The position numbers and the translations under genes were made by a program. The notes beneath the pieces are model-generated. The model worked only from the letters and a program-made list of their open reading frames with translations, did no database searches and was not told where the DNA came from. From assembly GCA_964557055.1 (NCBI GenBank), contig CAZKYZ010000001.1, forward strand, positions 1-30,231: a DNA stretch of 30,231 nucleotides. The letters run 5' to 3'. This DNA is from an uncultured Desulfobacterales bacterium. GTDB lineage: Bacteria > Desulfobacterota > Desulfobacteria > Desulfobacterales > CAZKYZ01. Below, one piece after another: positions 26,063 through 30,231 of the stretch (the stretch's first letter is position 1; each line of letters starts with the position of its first letter).

Positions 26063-26725
26063 CTACTCCATTTTCATCAGGGCGTCGTATCGGTAACCGA
26101 CCCCGAGCGTTTTGGACAGAAGCCTGTCAATTTCATCCTTTTGACCGGCTGCAATCTTCTTTAGAAGGCCATTATCGATCAACTCTTCAAACAGTGGTTT
26201 ATGTTCTTCCGGTTCATGGGATTCCAGTAGAAGCTGTTTGCGGATGGACCCCATCAGTTTTAGAAAATCGGCATATTCGGGACCGAATTCCGTTTCCAGC
26301 TGCTTGCGGAGCATTTTGGCAAAGGCCGGACTCTTCCCGCACGTGGATATGGCAATCAGCAGATCGCCGCGCGCCACGATGGATGGAAGAATAAAATTGC
26401 AGGCCTTGGGACGATCGGCGATGTTGCAGAGTTTTCCGTTTTGTTCAGCTTCCTGATGGATTTCAAAATTCAGGGTTTCATCACTGGTGGCTCCGATGAC
26501 AAGAAACATGTTCTGCAGGTCGCCGTAACGGTATTCCCGGACATGATAGGTAATCAAGCCTTCCGCAGCCTTTTCGCGGATATACGCAGACGCCGCGGGG
26601 CTGATAACGGTAACCCGGGCACCACACTCCAGGAGGGTTTTTACTTTTCGGGAACCTACCCTACCCCCGCCCACGACGAGGCATTGACGGTTGGTAATAT
26701 CGAGGCAAACAGGATAATATTTCAT
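26063..26725 (-). CDS. Precorrin-2 dehydrogenase / sirohydrochlorin ferrochelatase (SirC/Met8, CysG N-terminal type)
   Basis: YPVCLDI, VVGGGRVGSRK, NIADRPKACNF, AISTCGKSP. Start moved to ATG 26725. Confidence 0.9.
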   Translation of the reverse strand: MKYYPVCLDITNRQCLVVGGGRVGSRKVKTLLECGARVTVISPAASAYIREKAAEGLITYHVREYRYGDLQNMFLVIGATSDETLNFEIHQEAEQNGKLCNIADRPKACNFILPSIVARGDLLIAISTCGKSPAFAKMLRKQLETEFGPEYADFLKLMGSIRKQLLLESHEPEEHKPLFEELIDNGLLKKIAAGQKDEIDRLLSKTLGVGYRYDALMKME

Positions 26726-26729
26726 TTTA

Positions 26730-27494
26730 TCACAGCCTAACGGGCAAAAGGTCCGTGGCAATCTCCAACGGGCCACTCCAGAATTTGCGGCACTGCTGTA
26801 TCAAGTCAATACCGTCACAAGCAGGGTATAAATGGGTTAGCACCAGTTTCCCGACCTGGGCCTGCCGGGCAATCCGGCCGGCCGCCGAGGGACATAAATG
26901 CCCCGGGGTTTTCTGTTCATCCGGAAAAGCCGATTCACAGATCAATACATCCGCCTGGTGGGCCAATGCCACCAGATCCGGGCTGTCATCGGTATCTCCG
27001 GAGTAAACCATGGAATGCTGTCCGTCGGAGACCCGGAAAGCCAGACTTTCCGGATTGTGGCTGACCGGTCCCCAGCGGACAATGAGATCGTTGATCGCCA
27101 GGAACGAAATGATTGCCGGGTCAATTTCCACCAACTCAAGCAGACCGTCCGCCAGAACGATCCAGTTGCCATATGCCATTTTCAGACCGTTGTACAGCCG
27201 TTGCAGTCCGGCTCCAGCCACGATCCGCAACGGGTGGGTCCGTTGTGTTCCCTGGGGGTATTTGGTTGAAAAAAGGATGGAAACCAGTTCGGCGGAATGG
27301 TCCGGGTGAAAATGCGACAGGAAAATGTGGGTAATGTCTTGCAGGGTTTTCCCGGCTTCCAGGAGCCTGCGGATGGTTCCGGCACCGCAGTCGAACAGAA
27401 GGCAATCACCATTCGATTCCAGGAGAATGGAACAGGAGCTTCGTTTCAGAGAGGGTACGCAGGTACCGGATCCCAGAATGGTGATCTCCATCAT
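26730..27494 (-). CDS. Metallo-beta-lactamase fold hydrolase, RNase Z/ElaC-like (short form)
   Basis: ILGSGT, DCGAG, SHFHPDH (HxHxDH), YSGDT, ESAF, LTHLYP. Confidence 0.85.
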   Translation of the reverse strand: MMEITILGSGTCVPSLKRSSCSILLESNGDCLLFDCGAGTIRRLLEAGKTLQDITHIFLSHFHPDHSAELVSILFSTKYPQGTQRTHPLRIVAGAGLQRLYNGLKMAYGNWIVLADGLLELVEIDPAIISFLAINDLIVRWGPVSHNPESLAFRVSDGQHSMVYSGDTDDSPDLVALAHQADVLICESAFPDEQKTPGHLCPSAAGRIARQAQVGKLVLTHLYPACDGIDLIQQCRKFWSGPLEIATDLLPVRL

Positions 27495-27565
27495 TGTGAT
27501 ATCCGTTTATTTCGGGACATGATAAGCTTGGGAAAGGCTCAAAAGGCGATCCTGCTTTTTTCCTT

Positions 27566-28555
27566 TTAGCTGTTCGCAGAACGCTTCTGCACCTGGTAAA
27601 TTAGCCAGTTGAGCATTTTTTTTTCATCCTGATAGTCCACGATGTTCTTCAAGGTGCTCAGTTCAATTTCCGCACGGGCCATATTTTTATGGCCGCCGGC
27701 GGAGCCGATTTTGGAAAAGCTGCGTTTGGCAACTGTTCCAGCATGCAGCCGGAGGCCGTCATTGCGGAAGATGACAATCAGGTGGTTGTTGTGGACCCCG
27801 GAAACGATGCTCCAGTTGACTTCATTCACTTTCATAAAAAAATCGGCAATTAAAACGAGAACATCGGGACTTGACACCGGCCCCAGGTGAGAGAATATTT
27901 TTGCCTTGCGGACGCGTTTTGTTGCGAGCGCCTTTTGAAAATATTTCAGAAAACTTGTATGAAATTCTGCCTGTTCGATGCGGCGTGCCAGATGTGTGTT
28001 GGCATGTCGAAACAAGAACTGAAATGCATTTACATCTTCGATAAGGGTTTTGCGCTCAAAATTGCTGGTGTCGGTTTTTATGCCCAGAAACAGCCCGGTA
28101 GCCAATTTTCCGGAGGGTTTGATTTTGGCGTCCCTCAGGTATTCCGTCATGATGCTGGAATTGGCCCCATATTTCGGCCGAATATCCTGGTAGGCAGCGG
28201 TGCACCCGGTTTCCGGATGGTGGTCAATGATAACATCCGGTTTGAAGCGCATAAAATGTTCACTGTGTGACGGTTGGGAGTCCACAATAACAAAGCGGTT
28301 GAATCGGGACAGATCGAGTTTGTCTATGTGGGTTATGTTCACATGGAGCAGCCGGATCATGGCAATGTTGTCCGTGCGTTCTATGGTGTTGATGTTGGAA
28401 ATCGTTACACCGCCAATCTTTCTCCAGAGAAGTCGTTTGACAGCCATGGCGCTGGCAATGGCGTCCGGGTCTGCGTTAATGACGATCAACACCTGGTCGT
28501 CACCGGCAAAAACGGAATAGAAGTTTCGCAGACGTCGTGATGGGGTGCGCGCCAT
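27566..28555 (-). CDS. DHH/DHHA1 phosphoesterase (NrnA-like)
   Basis: NADPDAIAS, IVDS, IIDHH, GIKTDT, C-terminal AGGH. Confidence 0.88.
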   Translation of the reverse strand: MARTPSRRLRNFYSVFAGDDQVLIVINADPDAIASAMAVKRLLWRKIGGVTISNINTIERTDNIAMIRLLHVNITHIDKLDLSRFNRFVIVDSQPSHSEHFMRFKPDVIIDHHPETGCTAAYQDIRPKYGANSSIMTEYLRDAKIKPSGKLATGLFLGIKTDTSNFERKTLIEDVNAFQFLFRHANTHLARRIEQAEFHTSFLKYFQKALATKRVRKAKIFSHLGPVSSPDVLVLIADFFMKVNEVNWSIVSGVHNNHLIVIFRNDGLRLHAGTVAKRSFSKIGSAGGHKNMARAEIELSTLKNIVDYQDEKKMLNWLIYQVQKRSANS

Positions 28556-28709
28556 AAAATTACTGCCTTGAGTGGTTGCTGGTCATTCCCGAATTTCGCA
28601 AACCGAAGCCTGCCGCCCACACCGAGGACCTTTCAGGGACAAATGCTGATCATAAGGCCGGTTGGCAGAGATTACAACGATTTTCTCACTTCCCCGGATG
28701 AAAAGTGCG

Positions 28710-30231
28710 CTACGCCGGACCCCCTGCAAAATGCAGGGCACCGTTTTCAACAATAACGTTTATTTTTGATTTTTCAGGGATTTCACCACGTAGCATCTTC
28801 ATGGCCAAAGCGTTTTCGAGATGTTGCTGGATCGCCCGCTTCAGGGGGCGGGCTCCGTAGACCGGATCGTATCCTTTTTCCGCTAGAAAAAGTTTGGCCT
28901 CCTCCGTCAGATCAAGATACACATCTTTTTCCGCCAAACGACTTTTTAATTTGGCAACCTGAATGGCTACGATCTCGATGATCTGATCGGGCGTCAAATT
29001 GTGAAAGATAATCGTTTCGTCGATCCGGTTTAAAAATTCCGGTTTGAAGGCGACCTGCAGCGCCGCAAAAACCCGTTTTTCCATTTCTTTCCGACCTGTT
29101 TCCGGGGCATCAAGAATGAACTGACTCCCCACATTGGAAGTCATGATAATGAGGGTGTTTTTAAAATCGACCGTACGACCGTGCCCGTCCGTCATGCGCC
29201 CGTCATCCAAAATCTGGAGCAGAACATTGAACACCTCAGGGTGGGCTTTTTCAATCTCATCAAAAAGTACCACCGAATAGGGTTTGCGGCGGACAGCTTC
29301 GGTAAGGTAGCCGCCTTCGTCATAGCCAACATAGCCGGGAGGTGCTCCGATCATCCGGGATACGGCGTGTTTTTCCATATATTCGGACATATCGATGCGG
29401 ACTATTGCCTGTTCGTCGTCAAACAGGAATTCGGCAAGGGCTTTTGCCAACTCTGTTTTACCAACTCCGGTAGGACCCATGAAAATAAAGGACCCGATGG
29501 GGCGGTCCGGATCCTGCAGCCCGGAACGGGCGCGGCGTACGGCGTTGGATACGGCCGATACGGCTTCTTTTTGGCCGATGACGCGCTGACCGATGTGATT
29601 TTCCATGCCGACCAGCTTTTCCCGTTCCCCTTCCAGCATTTTGCTTACCGGTATGCCGGTCCACATGGATACAACAGCGGCAATGTCCTGGTCGTCGACC
29701 TCTTCCTTGAGCATTTTTCGATCCTCCTGCAGTTCCGACAGCTGCTGGTTGGCATCTTCAATGCGTTTTTTCAACGCCGCCGTCCGGCCGTAACGGATTT
29801 CAGCCACCCGGGAAAGATCTCCTTCACGCTGGGCCTTCTGTTCCTCGATGCCCAGTTGTTCCATTTCTTCTTTTGTTTTTTGGAGAACCAGAATCAGTTC
29901 TTTTTCGTGCTGCCAATGAACCTTCATTCCGCTGATTTCCGCTTTCATTTCCTGGAGGGCCCTCTCCAGGCGGGCGAGCCGGTTTTTGGAAGAGGTGTCG
30001 GATTCTTTTTTCAGGGCTTCCCGCTCAATTTCGGCCTGCGTTATCTTTCGCTGAATTTCATCGATTTCCGAAGGCATACTGTCGATCTCGATGCGCAGTT
30101 TGGAAGCACTTTCGTCGATCAGATCAATGGCTTTGTCCGGGAGAAAGCGGTCCGAAATGTAGCGGTTGGAAAGGGTAGCCGCGGCAACAATGGCAGAATC
30201 CATAATGCGCACGCCATGATGGACCTCGTAT
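28710..30231 (-). CDS. clpB: ATP-dependent chaperone ClpB, 3' portion (5' end outside the window)
   Basis: [22 protein letters not shown], long M-domain coiled coil, [29 protein letters not shown]; frame is open to the window edge. Confidence 0.97.
   Translation of the reverse strand, partial: YEVHHGVRIMDSAIVAAATLSNRYISDRFLPDKAIDLIDESASKLRIEIDSMPSEIDEIQRKITQAEIEREALKKESDTSSKNRLARLERALQEMKAEISGMKVHWQHEKELILVLQKTKEEMEQLGIEEQKAQREGDLSRVAEIRYGRTAALKKRIEDANQQLSELQEDRKMLKEEVDDQDIAAVVSMWTGIPVSKMLEGEREKLVGMENHIGQRVIGQKEAVSAVSNAVRRARSGLQDPDRPIGSFIFMGPTGVGKTELAKALAEFLFDDEQAIVRIDMSEYMEKHAVSRMIGAPPGYVGYDEGGYLTEAVRRKPYSVVLFDEIEKAHPEVFNVLLQILDDGRMTDGHGRTVDFKNTLIIMTSNVGSQFILDAPETGRKEMEKRVFAALQVAFKPEFLNRIDETIIFHNLTPDQIIEIVAIQVAKLKSRLAEKDVYLDLTEEAKLFLAEKGYDPVYGARPLKRAIQQHLENALAMKMLRGEIPEKSKINVIVENGALHFAGGPA

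Noticed and set aside
28597-28650. c-di-GMP-I-like GCAAA motif between clpB and the DHH gene
   Set aside because: Wrong strand for the downstream gene and lacks the paired GNRA/receptor architecture.
242-29793. Long opposite-strand or alternate-frame ORFs (e.g. 4793-5452+, 8623-9309+, 12633-13265-, 15553-16257+, 21696-22346-)
   Set aside because: They are overlapped by well-supported genes and show no recognisable motifs; treated as shadow ORFs.
1-30231. CRISPR arrays, REP-like repeats, IS or prophage elements, tRNA/rRNA genes
   Set aside because: No regularly spaced repeats; the intergenic hairpins share no sequence; no transposase, integrase or phage ORF; no cloverleaf or rRNA-like segment seen by eye.
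144-30231. Selenocysteine/pyrrolysine readthrough, programmed frameshifts or pseudogenes
   Set aside because: All called proteins reach family-typical C-termini with key motifs intact; no split genes seen.

Overview
About 30 kb of compact chromosome at roughly 50% GC. Gene content and protein style point to a deltaproteobacterium, probably Desulfobacterales-like (inference, not a database result). All genes except PBP1a are on the minus strand. In transcription order from the right end: clpB (3' part), DHH phosphoesterase, RNase Z-like MBL hydrolase, sirC/cysG-N, ccsA, hemA, fabD; dksA, PHP (RNase AM-like), rnc, radical SAM, sensor kinase, NarL-family regulator; TAXI binding protein, fused TRAP permease; PBP1a (+); hisI, hisG, aminotransferase, engB, era, ATP-grasp, small HNH; then a BMP-type purine ABC importer with gpt. 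I found no CRISPR array, tRNA/rRNA, transposase, integrase or phage gene, so this is mostly core genome. The best leads, all hypotheses: (1) a coupled dksA-PHP-rnc-radical SAM unit that looks like an rRNA expression/maturation operon, whose radical SAM has no acetyltransferase domain but a possible RNA-binding tail; (2) an orphan ATP-grasp ligase and a 100-aa HNH protein coupled to the ribosome GTPases EngB and Era; (3) a roughly 175-nt structured leader, matching no riboswitch I recognise, before the purine importer; (4) a DctB-type sensor wired to a HisKA_3/NarL output, with a candidate 19-bp operator upstream of the TAXI-TRAP genes.
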